The notes below the pieces were generated by a model. That model ran no database searches. It had not been told where the DNA came from and saw nothing but the letters and a program-made list of their open reading frames with translations. 64,000 nt of DNA from an uncultured Chloroflexia bacterium (lineage in GTDB: Bacteria > Chloroflexota > Limnocylindria > Limnocylindrales > CSP1-4), in NCBI GenBank assembly GCA_963746845.1, contig CAVVCZ010000001.1, forward strand, positions 160,001-224,000. Direction: 5' to 3'. Below, piece after piece: positions 15,087 to 27,406 of this stretch (position 1 is the stretch's first letter; each line of letters begins with the position of its first letter). The translations under genes were made by a program, and so were the position numbers.

Positions 15087-16220
15087 GTGTACGCGGATCA
15101 GTTCGAGATCTACCACGGCAACGCGAACCCGGATCTCGCCCGGAAGATCGCCCGCTGGCTCGGAACGGAGTGCGGCAAGGCCGAGGTCTTCCAGTTCGCG
15201 AACGAGAACATCTTCGTCAAGATCCTCGACAACGTCCGCGAGAAGGACATCTTCCTCGTCCAGCCGACGAGCCATCCCGTCAACCAGTCGATCATGGAAT
15301 TGCTGATCATGATCGACGCGTTCAAGCGGGCGAGCGCGGGCCGGATCACGGCCGTCATCCCGTTCTACGCGTACGGCCGCTCGGACAAGAAGGACCAGCC
15401 GCGGGTCCCGATCACCGCCCGCCTGATCGCCGACATGATCACGGTCGCCGGGGCGGACCGGGTCCTGACGATGGACCTCCACCAGGGCCAGATCCAGGGC
15501 TTCTTCAACATCCCGGTCGACGAGCTGACGGCCGTCCACCTCCTGTCGAACTACTTCATCCACAAGCACCTCGAGGATGTCGTCGTCGTGACCGACCTCG
15601 GGTTCGCGAAGCGGGCCCGCACGTTCGCCGAGCTCCTCGACGCCCCGCTGGCGATCATCGAGAAGCGGCGGATCGGGAACCTCGACCGGGCGGAGCTGAT
15701 GAACGTCATCGGCGAGGTCCAGGGCAAGCGGGCGATCATCGTCGACGACGAGATCGACACCGCCGGCACGCTGACCGAGATCGTCCGGGCGCTGGAGCGT
15801 GAGGGCGTGACCGAGATCTACGCGTGCGCCACGCACGGCGTCCTGAGCGACCCGGCGGTCGACCGGCTCCGGGACTCGAATCTGCGCGAGGTGGTGCTCA
15901 CGGACTCCGTGCCACTGCCCGCCGTCAAGCGCCTCTCCAAGATCACGACGCTGTCCGTGGCGCCGCTCATCGGCGAGGCGATCAAGCGGATCCACCGTGG
16001 CGAGTCCGTCGGCGCGCTGTTCAGCAGCGAGGTCTCGTTCACCCAGGAGATGCTCCTGTGGGAGGATGGCCAGCAACGGCGGATGGACACCCGCCAGGAG
16101 CCCGGCCACGAGGCCGAGGGCGGTCATGACCGCGGAGCCGACGGCGAACCGGACGGCGGCTCCGACGATGCGGAGGACGACCCAGTCCTCCTGAGCGCGA
16201 CACGACAGGGAGATCGATGA
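15087..16220 (+). CDS. prs: Ribose-phosphate pyrophosphokinase
   Basis: PFYAYGRSDKK, DLHQGQIQGFF, DDEIDTAGT, ATHGV; likely GTG start at 15087 after GGAGG. Confidence 0.92.
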   Translation: MYADQFEIYHGNANPDLARKIARWLGTECGKAEVFQFANENIFVKILDNVREKDIFLVQPTSHPVNQSIMELLIMIDAFKRASAGRITAVIPFYAYGRSDKKDQPRVPITARLIADMITVAGADRVLTMDLHQGQIQGFFNIPVDELTAVHLLSNYFIHKHLEDVVVVTDLGFAKRARTFAELLDAPLAIIEKRRIGNLDRAELMNVIGEVQGKRAIIVDDEIDTAGTLTEIVRALEREGVTEIYACATHGVLSDPAVDRLRDSNLREVVLTDSVPLPAVKRLSKITTLSVAPLIGEAIKRIHRGESVGALFSSEVSFTQEMLLWEDGQQRRMDTRQEPGHEAEGGHDRGADGEPDGGSDDAEDDPVLLSATRQGDR

Positions 16221-16477
16221 GCCTCCAGCTCCACCGACCGGACGGCCGGGGCGGCGTCGAGCCGCGACCAGTCGGCGAGCCGAACTGGCGCGGTCAGCTC
16301 CAGTCGAAGCGCTGGGGGATGAACCGGCGCGACGGCCGGTTGCCCGACCTCAAGAACCCGGAGATGAACCCGACCTCGACGCCGATGGCGGTCCTGTTCT
16401 GGATCGGGCTCGGCGTCCTGACGTTCCTCCTGCTCGTCGCCGGCTACGGGACCGGGTTCTGGAAGTTCGCGGCCTGA
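16217..16477 (+). CDS. Small hypothetical membrane protein
   Basis: ATGA-coupled to prs, single C-terminal TM helix. Confidence 0.65.
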   Translation: MSLQLHRPDGRGGVEPRPVGEPNWRGQLQSKRWGMNRRDGRLPDLKNPEMNPTSTPMAVLFWIGLGVLTFLLLVAGYGTGFWKFAA

Positions 16478-16559
16478 CGGTCCGTCGACCGGGGGGCCAC
16501 GTCGCAGGCCATCACCGACCTCTCAGAAACGACTCACGCCGGCCGCGAACCATCGGCCG

Positions 16560-17348
16560 ATGAGCTCCCGAACTGCCCTCCTCGGTGGCGTCGCCGTTGC
16601 CCTGCTCCTGATCGGTGGCGGCGCCTTTGCCTATGTCACGTTCCTGCAGGGCGACAACGTCGCGCCGCTCTCGCTGTCCAGCCCCGCTCCCGCCGCCTCG
16701 ACGCCGACGACCGGCAACGCGTCCACGGGCACCGGCTCGACCGACGCCACGTCGAGCGCCGGCACGAGCCTCGCCCCGTCCTCCGCGGCCCCGATCGACG
16801 CGGCGAGCATCCCCGGCACCTGGACGATCTCGGCCGATTCGATCGTCGGCTACCGCGTCCGCGAGCGCCTCGCCAGCCTGTCCGCCGACAGCGACGCCGT
16901 CGGCCGCACGAACGGGATCACGGGCACGGCGGCGATCGCGGCCAGCGGGGGCGCCCTGAGCGTGACCGACGCCAGCTTCTCGGTCGACATGACGTCGCTC
17001 GCGAGCGACAAGCAGATGCGCGACAACCGGCTCCGGAACGACGGGATCCAGACCGACAGGTTCCCGACCTCGACGTTCAAGCTGACCCAGCCGGTGGCCC
17101 TGCCGGCCACGGCCACCACCGGGGCGGTCGTCGACGTCACGCTCCACGGCGACCTGACGCTCCACGGGGTCACGAAGACCGTCGACATCCCGGCCCAGGC
17201 CCGGGTCAGCGGGAACGTCATCCAGGTCGCCGGCTCGCTGACCTTCCCGTTCAGCGACTACGACATCAACCCACCGAACATCGGCGGCTTCGTCTCGGTC
17301 GGCGACTCGGGAACGCTCGAATTCCAGGTCAACCTGACCAAGAGCTGA
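16560..17348 (+). CDS. YceI family protein, membrane-anchored, with Ser/Thr-rich linker
   Basis: VGYRVRE, RDNRLR, GDLTLHGVTK motifs. Confidence 0.88.
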   Translation: MSSRTALLGGVAVALLLIGGGAFAYVTFLQGDNVAPLSLSSPAPAASTPTTGNASTGTGSTDATSSAGTSLAPSSAAPIDAASIPGTWTISADSIVGYRVRERLASLSADSDAVGRTNGITGTAAIAASGGALSVTDASFSVDMTSLASDKQMRDNRLRNDGIQTDRFPTSTFKLTQPVALPATATTGAVVDVTLHGDLTLHGVTKTVDIPAQARVSGNVIQVAGSLTFPFSDYDINPPNIGGFVSVGDSGTLEFQVNLTKS

Positions 17349-17397
17349 GGGGCCCTCGGCCGGGGATCGCCGGGACTCACCCTATACTTCGGCCGCT

Positions 17398-20391
<2,994 letters not shown>

Positions 20392-20490
20392 CCAAGCACT
20401 CCGATCCTCTCCGTCCACCCGGCTGATGCTCGTCCTCCACCCCCGCCGCCGCACGCGCCGCGTCGCCCGGGCGGGTCGCAGCTCACGCGC

Positions 20491-21087
20491 GTGAGGCGCG
20501 CCATCGGTGTCGTGGTCGTCGGAGCGATCATCGGCGCGGTCGTCGTCGTCGCATGGACGACGTGGCGGATCTGGGACGTGGGCAGCCACGACGACCGACG
20601 GCCCGTCGACGCGATCGTCGTCCTCGGCGCGGCCCAGTACAACGGCCGGCCGTCGGCGATCCTCAAGGCGCGCCTCGACCATGGGATCGACCTGTACCGG
20701 GCGGGCCTGGCCCCGTACCTCGTCGTGACCGGCGGGAAGGCCGAGGGCGATCGTACGACCGAGGCCGCCTCCGCCCGGACATACGCCCTCTCGAAGGGCG
20801 TCCCGGACCGGGCGATCCTCGTCGAGGACAAGGGCCGGACGACCCTCGAGTCGCTGCGCGGCGTGGCGGAGATCCTGCGCGACCACCGCCTCGACACGGC
20901 CCTGTTCGTCTCGGACCGGACGCACATGCTCCGCGTCCTGCGGATCGCGAGGGATGAGGGCATCGCGTCGTTCGGGTCACCGACGACGTCGAGTCCGTCC
21001 GACGCGAGCCTCGAGAACCGGGTCGAGGCCACGGTCCACGAGCTCGGCGGGCTCACGCTCTACTTCGTGGCCGGGCAGACCCTGTAG
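20491..21087 (+). CDS. YdcF/DUF218 family protein
   Basis: DAIVVLGAA, VVTGG, TEA, HMLR motifs; N-terminal TM. Confidence 0.88.
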   Translation: MRRAIGVVVVGAIIGAVVVVAWTTWRIWDVGSHDDRRPVDAIVVLGAAQYNGRPSAILKARLDHGIDLYRAGLAPYLVVTGGKAEGDRTTEAASARTYALSKGVPDRAILVEDKGRTTLESLRGVAEILRDHRLDTALFVSDRTHMLRVLRIARDEGIASFGSPTTSSPSDASLENRVEATVHELGGLTLYFVAGQTL

Positions 21088-21180
21088 TCCCAGGCGCCAC
21101 AGCCGGAACTGCGTTCGAGGCCCGCGAGCGAGCAGCGCAGCCGGCAACGCAGTCCAGGGTCGTCCAGGCGCGACAGCTGA

Positions 21181-21238
21181 GATTCTTGGCAAGAATCGTG
21201 TTCTCCCCCTTGGCCGTATGAGTTCTGCGTGCGATACT
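21181..21238 (+). promoter_or_regulatory. Palindromic operator plus sigma70 promoter for the Cys-rich ORF/prfB operon
   Basis: GATTCTTG-G-CAAGAATC (21181-21197); TTGGCC, 17-nt spacer, TGc-GATACT (21210-21238). Confidence 0.5.
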
Positions 21239-21330
21239 GCGGCGAATTCGCGGGCTCGGGTCGGAGGGACCTCACGAGCCGCTCGCGTGCCGCGCCCCAA
21301 TCCTGCCCCAGCACGAGAGTGAGGGTTGAG

Positions 21331-21555
21331 TTGAAGCAGGCCGAGGAAGCGTCGTTCGTCGATCTCATCGCCTGTGAGCGTGACTGCCGATCGTGCAGTT
21401 ACGCAGCGGCGCTCGACTGTGACGGCAACTGCGGTGTCTGTCCCCACAACTCCTACTGTCCCTGCGTGAACCCCGTCGTCGCCCGGAGCAAGTCCGCCCT
21501 GCGGCTGATCGAGCTCCGCCCGATCCTCCTGCAGGACCTCCAGACCCGGAACTAG
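21331..21555 (+). CDS. Small cysteine-rich protein (two CX3CX2C motifs plus CPC)
   Basis: CERDCRSC...CDGNCGVC...CPC; GAGGG precedes TTG 21331 (alternative GTG 21319); stop overlaps prfB start (TAGTG). Confidence 0.7.
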   Translation: MKQAEEASFVDLIACERDCRSCSYAAALDCDGNCGVCPHNSYCPCVNPVVARSKSALRLIELRPILLQDLQTRN

Positions 21556-22701
21556 TGGACGCGTCCACGGTTCGAGACCTGGCGGATCGGATCCGGTCGA
21601 CCTCGGGGCGTCTTTGACCTCGGGACGAAGGAGCGGCGCGTCGCCCAGCTCGACGCCCTGACGCAGGAGCCCGGCTTCTGGGACGACCAGCGGTCCGCCC
21701 AGAGGATTCTCCGCGAGGCGGACGGCCTCCGATCCGAGATCGAGCTGTGGCGCGGCTTCGAGAGCCGCGTCGACGACCTCCTCACGACACTCGAGCTCGT
21801 CGAGGAGTCGGCCGACCCGGAGCTGTCCGCCGAGCTCGACAGCACCGCCGCCGCGCTGGAGCGCGACTTCGCGCGCGAGCAGACGGCCCTTCTCTTCTCG
21901 GGTGAGTACGACCAGGGCGGCGCGATTCTCTCGATCAGCGCCGGCGCAGGTGGCACGGAGGCGACCGACTGGGCGGAGATGCTCCTCCGGATGTACCTGC
22001 GCTGGGCCGAGCGCCACCGGTTCAAGACCGAGATCGTCGACCAGCAGGAAGGTGAGCAGGCGGGGATCAAGAGCGCGACCGTCGAGGTCGACGGCCGCTC
22101 GGCGTATGGCTGGCTGCGGGCGGAGCGCGGCGTCCACCGGCTCGTGCGGATCAGCCCGTTCGATTCGCAGAAGCGTCGCCAGACGACGTTCGCCCTCGTC
22201 GAGGTCCTGCCCGAGGTCGGCGACGACATCGAGATCGAGCTGAACTGGGACGAGATCCGGGTCGACACGTTCCGCTCCCAGGGCGCCGGCGGCCAGCACG
22301 TGAACAAGACGGACTCGGCCGTCCGGCTGACCCATCTCCCGACCGGGATCGTCGCCCAGAGCCAGAACGAGCGGAGCCAGACCCAGAACAAGGAGCTGGC
22401 GATCCGCGTCCTCAAGGCCCGTCTGCTGGAGCGCGCGCTCGAGGAGCAGGAGGCCGAAGTCCGGAAGCTGAAGGGCGAGCACGTCGAGGCGGGCTGGGGC
22501 AACCAGATCCGGAGCTACGTGCTCCACCCCTACCAGATGGTCAAGGACCTGCGGACGAACCACGAGACCGGCAACACCCAGGCCGTCCTCGACGGCGACC
22601 TGGACGAGTTCATGCGGGCCGAGCTCGAACGGCTCGCGACCGGGGGTGCGTCGGCCCGCGGCGACGCGGTCGAGGACGGGGAAGCCGTCGGCGCCGGGTG
22701 A
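21555..22701 (+). CDS. prfB: Peptide chain release factor 2 with programmed +1 frameshift
   Basis: GTG 21555 frame ends at GGGG-CGT-CTT-TGA-C (21605-21618); the +1 frame continues to SPF and GGQ motifs. Confidence 0.96.
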
Positions 22702-23672
22702 CCGTCGCGAGGGGGACCGGCTCGGGCGACGCCACGGCCGGGAGCGAGCACGTCCTCCGCCCGGCCGGGGCCGACGAGCTCGGGACGTGCGCGGGGATCT
22801 GGCGCGATGCCCTGAACGACTACCTGGGCCGGCTCGGCCAGCCGGACATCCCCGACGATCTCGCGCCGATCCTCCGCCTGTACGCGCACCTCCGGACGAC
22901 GGACCCCGCGACATTCGTCGTCGCCGAGCGCGGTGGCCGGATCGACGGGTTCGCGGTCGCGCTCCGGCGCGACGACCTGTGGTTCCTCTCGATGCTGTTC
23001 GTGCGGCCCGGCGCCCAGGCGCGGGGTCTCGGCCGCGCGCTGCTCGCGGCGGTGTCGCCGGCGGAGGGCTGGTCGGGTGTCCGGGCGACCGCGACGGACA
23101 GCGCCCAGCCGATCTCGAACGGACTGTACGGGTCGCTCGGGATGGTGCCGAGGGTCCCGCTCCTCCGCCTCGTCGGGCTGCCCGAGCGCCCGGACGCGCT
23201 CGAGCCGCTCCCCGACGGTGTCGAGGCCGTGCCGTTCGCCGAGGTCGACGACGGCAGCGCCGGCCTGGAGCGCGCGGCCCTCGAGGCGGAGCTGTCGGCC
23301 CTGGATCGCGAGATCGCCGGCTTCGACCGGGCGGTCGACCGACCGCTGCTCCAGCTGGAGGGGCGGATCGGGTTCCTCTACCGCGATCGCTCCGGCGACC
23401 CGGTCGGGTACGGCTACGCTGCGGAGTCCGGGCGGGTCGGGCCGGTCGCCGTCCGCGACGAGTCCCTGCTCGGGCCGGTCGTCGGGCATCTCGTCCGGGC
23501 CGTCCGGCCGCGCGGCGCGTTCGGGATCTGGGTCCCGGGCTCGGCGGGCCGTGCCGTCGTCCCGCTGCTCCGGGCGGGCTTCCGGTTCGACGGGTTCCCC
23601 GTGCTGCTGTGCTGGGATCGCCCGTTCGCCGACTTCAGCCGCTACCTGCCGATGTCGCCGGGGCTGCTGTAG
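22698..23672 (+). CDS. GNAT family N-acetyltransferase
   Basis: LFVRPGAQARGLGRALL acetyl-CoA motif; GTGA-coupled to prfB. Confidence 0.82.
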   Translation: MTVARGTGSGDATAGSEHVLRPAGADELGTCAGIWRDALNDYLGRLGQPDIPDDLAPILRLYAHLRTTDPATFVVAERGGRIDGFAVALRRDDLWFLSMLFVRPGAQARGLGRALLAAVSPAEGWSGVRATATDSAQPISNGLYGSLGMVPRVPLLRLVGLPERPDALEPLPDGVEAVPFAEVDDGSAGLERAALEAELSALDREIAGFDRAVDRPLLQLEGRIGFLYRDRSGDPVGYGYAAESGRVGPVAVRDESLLGPVVGHLVRAVRPRGAFGIWVPGSAGRAVVPLLRAGFRFDGFPVLLCWDRPFADFSRYLPMSPGLL

Positions 23673-23872
23673 CCCGCGTGCCGCGGCTCGGCCGCGCGGC
23701 CCGCGTCGACGGGGCGGCCATGCGGTGCCGGTACCTTTGGTGTGGTTGGCGGGGGTCCGGAGCCGGTGATAGCCTCTCGGGCAGATGAGGCTCCTCCAGT
23801 CGTGCCCGCGGACGGAGCAGCGGTGACCGAACCCGTCGCCGTCAGCCGATCGACCCGTCCCTGGAGCCGCGC

Positions 23873-24655
23873 GTGACTCTCGCCTCGACCAAGACCGCCA
23901 CGCCGTCCCGATCCGTCCGCGAGCGCCTGCTCGGGCGCGGTCGCGACCACGTCGCCGCCGATCGCGCGGTCCTCGTCCTGCAGGAGGTCACGAAGACCTA
24001 TCCGAACGGAAAGACGGCGCTGCGCGAGGTCGACCTCGTGATCCCCGAGGGGGACTTCGTCTTCCTCGTCGGTCCGTCCGGGGCGGGGAAGTCGACCTTG
24101 ATCAAGCTGCTGATCCGCGACGAGGTCGCGACCCAGGGCCAGGTGGTCCTCGACGGCTCCGACCTTGCCCGGCTCCCGCGGCGGGCCGTGCCGAAGGTGC
24201 GCCGGAAGATCGGGATCGTGTTCCAGGACTTCAAGCTCCTGCCGACGAAGAGCGTCTGGGAGAACGTGGCGTTCGCGCTCGAGGTGACCGGCACGCCCCG
24301 CCGGAAGATCCGGCCGGCGGTCGACCGCGTCCTCGCCCTCGTCGGGCTGACGGCCCAGCGCGACCAGCTCCCGAGCACGCTGTCGGGCGGCGAGCAGCAG
24401 CGGACCGCGATCGCGCGCGCCCTCGTCCACGACCCGCGGCTGATCATCGCGGACGAGCCGACCGGCAACCTCGACCCGCTGATCAGCTGGGAGATCATCC
24501 AGCTCCTGCTGCGGATCAACGAGCTGGGCGTCACGGTGATGATGGCCACCCATGACGCGGACGTCGTCACGGCGCTCCGCAAGCGCGTCGTCGCCCTCGA
24601 AGAGGGCCGGATCATCCGCGACGAGGTCGGTGGCGCCTACCACCGGGCCGACTGA
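23873..24655 (+). CDS. ftsE: Cell division ATP-binding protein FtsE
   Basis: GPSGAGKS, VFQDFKLL, LSGGEQQR, DEPTGNLD; upstream of ftsX. Confidence 0.92.
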   Translation: MTLASTKTATPSRSVRERLLGRGRDHVAADRAVLVLQEVTKTYPNGKTALREVDLVIPEGDFVFLVGPSGAGKSTLIKLLIRDEVATQGQVVLDGSDLARLPRRAVPKVRRKIGIVFQDFKLLPTKSVWENVAFALEVTGTPRRKIRPAVDRVLALVGLTAQRDQLPSTLSGGEQQRTAIARALVHDPRLIIADEPTGNLDPLISWEIIQLLLRINELGVTVMMATHDADVVTALRKRVVALEEGRIIRDEVGGAYHRAD

Positions 24656-24658
24656 CCG

Positions 24659-25543
24659 ATGATCGGGTTCCTCTTCTTCAGCCTGAGCCGCGCCTGGCAG
24701 GGGTTCTGGCGAAACGCGCTGATGAGCCTCGCCGCCACCGCGACGATGGTCCTGATGCTCATCCTGCTGGCGGGCTTCTGGATCATCCAGACGGGGCTGC
24801 TCTCGGCGCTCGACTTCACCGAGCAGAAGGTCGAGGTCACCGCGAACGTCAAGGTCGACGCGACCGCGGACGACATCGCCGAGCTCCGGCTCCGGATCGA
24901 GGCCCTGCCGCAGGTCACCACCGTGACCTTCGTGAACAAGGACGAAGCCCTGGCCCGGTTCCAGCAGTCGATGAAGGAGCAGGGTCGCGAGGACCTGACG
25001 AAGTACGTCGACTCGAACCCGTTCACGCCGAGCTTCGAGGTCAAGCTGGTCGACCCGGGTCAGGCGGGGGTCGTTGCCGACGCCCTGCGCTCGGACCCCG
25101 CGGTCCGCAACGTGCTCGACACGAAGGAGACCGCGCAGAACGTCAAGACGGTCACCGACATCCTGCGAACCGCGGGCAGCGTGATCCTCCTCGTCATCGG
25201 GGTCATCGTCCTGTTCATCATCGTCAACACGATCCGGCTCGCGGTGGTCGCCCGAGCCGAGGAGATCGAGATCATGCGGCTCGTCGGCGCGTCGGACGCG
25301 TTCATCCGCTGGCCGTTCGTGTTCGAGGGGGCGATGGTCGGCCTCCTCGGGGCCGCGATCACCCTCGGCTGCCTGTACCTCCTGGCCGACCCGATCGGCA
25401 GCTTCATGGTCGACTTCTTCCGGGTCCTGCCCCTGAGCTTCGGATCGCTCGCCCGGGACCTCGTCCTGATCGTGACCGGGGCCGGTCTCGGGCTCGGCGT
25501 CCTGGGCTCGTGGGTGTCCGTGCGGACCTATCTGATCCGGTAG
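24659..25543 (+). CDS. ftsX: Cell division permease FtsX
   Basis: NTIRLAV..R.EEIEIMRLVGAS..FIRWPF..EG signature; 4 TM segments. Confidence 0.93.
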   Translation: MIGFLFFSLSRAWQGFWRNALMSLAATATMVLMLILLAGFWIIQTGLLSALDFTEQKVEVTANVKVDATADDIAELRLRIEALPQVTTVTFVNKDEALARFQQSMKEQGREDLTKYVDSNPFTPSFEVKLVDPGQAGVVADALRSDPAVRNVLDTKETAQNVKTVTDILRTAGSVILLVIGVIVLFIIVNTIRLAVVARAEEIEIMRLVGASDAFIRWPFVFEGAMVGLLGAAITLGCLYLLADPIGSFMVDFFRVLPLSFGSLARDLVLIVTGAGLGLGVLGSWVSVRTYLIR

Positions 25544-25659
25544 ATCGCGCGCGCCGCGCCTCCGGCGAGCCGCCCTTCGTTCCGTTCCTGTGAAGTTCCG
25601 TTCACGCTCGATCCACGCCCCGTCGGGGCTGCGTAGGATCGTTCAGGGCAGGTGTACCC

Positions 25660-27153
25660 TTGGCGCCCGCCCGCCAGCCTCAGCAGCGGAGAACCACGTC
25701 CTCGATGCTCCCGTCCGACCCCGCGACCCCCGGATCCGCGGCGACCCCAGATCCGTCCCCGACCACCGCTGAGGCAGCGACCGCCCCGGTCCCCCAGGCC
25801 GCCGCGGCACCTGGATCCGCCCTGACCCCAGATCCCGCTCCGGCGGCCGCCACATCCGCCCTCGAGGTCCAGCCGACCGCCGTCCAGACGCGCGGCTCCG
25901 GCGCACGGACGCCGATCCTCGCCCTCGCGATGGTCGTCGTCTCGATCCTCGCCGGCGGCGCGCTCTTCGTCTCGGGCTTCCTCGTCGGCCAGCGCAGCGC
26001 TGATCAGCCGGGCACCCCGGTCGGCGCCGAGGAGGGCTTCCAGCCGTTCTGGGACAGCTACAACACGATCCTGAAGCGGTTCGCGCTCGGCGGCGTCGAC
26101 CAGCAGAGCCTCGTGAACGGCGCGATCAAGGGCATGGTCGATTCGCTCGGCGACCCCTACTCGGCCTTCCTGACCCCGGATCAGTACCGGGAGGGCCTCC
26201 AGGACCTGTCCGGTCAGTTCGAGGGAATCGGCGCCGAGATCGGGACGACGAACGCGAAGGGCGCGACCTCCGACTGCACGACCCTCGGGACCGACTGCGT
26301 CATGACCGTCGTCAGCCCTCTCGACGGCTCGCCGGCCGAGAAGGCGGGCGTCAAGGCCGGCGACCAGATCGTCGCGATCGACGGCACCAAGCTCGACGGG
26401 CTCACGGTCGACGCCGCGCGTGACAAGGTGCGTGGCAAGAAGGGTACCGAGGTCACCCTGTCCATCGTCCGCGGCGGCGCCACCCCGACCGACATCACGG
26501 TCGTCCGCGACATCATCGTGAGCAAGGAGGTCATCTCGAAGTCGCTGGCCGACGGCAAGGTCGGCTACATCGCGGTGACCGGCTTCTCGGACAACTCCGC
26601 GTCCAAGTTCCACGACACCCTGCAGGCTGACCTCAAGGCCGGCCAGAAGTCGTTCGTCCTCGACCTCCGCGGCAATCCCGGCGGCTACGTCAACGCGGCG
26701 CGGCTGATGGCGAGCGAGTTCATCGCCGACGGGCCGATCTTCTGGGAGCAGGCCGCCGACGGGACCCAGACGGAGACGACCGCGACCGGGCAGGGGATCG
26801 CAACGGGCGCCGACATCAAGCTCGTCGTCCTCGTCGACAAGGGCAGCGCGTCGGCGAGCGAGATCGTCGCGGGCGCCCTCCAGGACCGCAAGCGGGCGAC
26901 GATCGTCGGTGAGACGTCATTCGGCAAGGGCACCGTCCAGCAGTGGATCCAGCTCCAGGACGGATCGGCGCTCAAGCTCACGATCGCGAAGTGGCTGACG
27001 CCGGACAAGCACTGGATCCACCACGTCGGGATCATCCCGGACGTCCCCGTGGCGACGCCGGCCGACGCGACGCCGGACAAGGATCCCGTGCTCGACAAGG
27101 CGGTCAGCCTGCTGACGGCCCAGGCTGCGGCCGCGCTGCGACCCGCCGCCTGA
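25660..27153 (+). CDS. S41 C-terminal processing peptidase (CtpA-like)
   Basis: LGDPYS, PDZ domain, LDLRGNPGG, SASASE, TSFGKG; start may be ATG 25705. Confidence 0.92.
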   Translation: MAPARQPQQRRTTSSMLPSDPATPGSAATPDPSPTTAEAATAPVPQAAAAPGSALTPDPAPAAATSALEVQPTAVQTRGSGARTPILALAMVVVSILAGGALFVSGFLVGQRSADQPGTPVGAEEGFQPFWDSYNTILKRFALGGVDQQSLVNGAIKGMVDSLGDPYSAFLTPDQYREGLQDLSGQFEGIGAEIGTTNAKGATSDCTTLGTDCVMTVVSPLDGSPAEKAGVKAGDQIVAIDGTKLDGLTVDAARDKVRGKKGTEVTLSIVRGGATPTDITVVRDIIVSKEVISKSLADGKVGYIAVTGFSDNSASKFHDTLQADLKAGQKSFVLDLRGNPGGYVNAARLMASEFIADGPIFWEQAADGTQTETTATGQGIATGADIKLVVLVDKGSASASEIVAGALQDRKRATIVGETSFGKGTVQQWIQLQDGSALKLTIAKWLTPDKHWIHHVGIIPDVPVATPADATPDKDPVLDKAVSLLTAQAAAALRPAA

Positions 27154-27166
27154 TCGGGCCGCCGTC

Positions 27167-27195
27167 TTGCACCTCGCCCGACCATCCTGTACGGT
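27167..27195 (+). promoter_or_regulatory. sigma70-type promoter of a small transcript upstream of smpB
   Basis: TTGCAC, 17-nt spacer, TACGGT. Confidence 0.55.
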
Positions 27196-27199
27196 GTTC

Positions 27200-27335
27200 G
27201 GGAACGAAAGGAGGTGATGTGCAGTGATCGACAGTACGCGTAGCTGCACCACCTCGCAGGAGATGGCCGTCTAGTCGGACACCCTGTGGGTGGATGAGCT
27301 TTCGGATGCCGGCCCTTCAGGGCCGGCATTCGTGC
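27200..27335 (+). ncRNA. Putative small structured RNA or micro-peptide mRNA
   Basis: GAAAGGAGGTGAT sequestered in a stem; ORFs MIDSTRSCTTSQEMAV (27224-27274) and MCSDRQYA (27217-27243); 3' hairpin. Confidence 0.5.
27303..27332 (+). terminator. GC-rich hairpin, probable terminator
   Basis: ATGCCGGCCC-TTCA-GGGCCGGCAT, extendable to about 13 bp; weak U tail. Confidence 0.55.
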
Positions 27336-27406
27336 GTCCGGGAGGCGGGACCCGGACGCGCCCACTCCCTCACACTGACCGCAGCCACCTCACGAAGGAA
27401 CGATCC

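Noticed and set aside
15087-16220. Prs motif deviations (TDLGF, DDEID) and acidic tail as signs of a pseudo-enzyme
   Set aside because: Core catalytic and PRPP-binding residues remain; likely lineage variation
21090-21177. Mini-CRISPR array
   Set aside because: Only two 14-bp imperfect repeats and no cas genes
27206-27218. 16S rRNA 3'-end fragment on the minus strand
   Set aside because: The match is only 13 nt with no helix 45; treated as an extended SD instead
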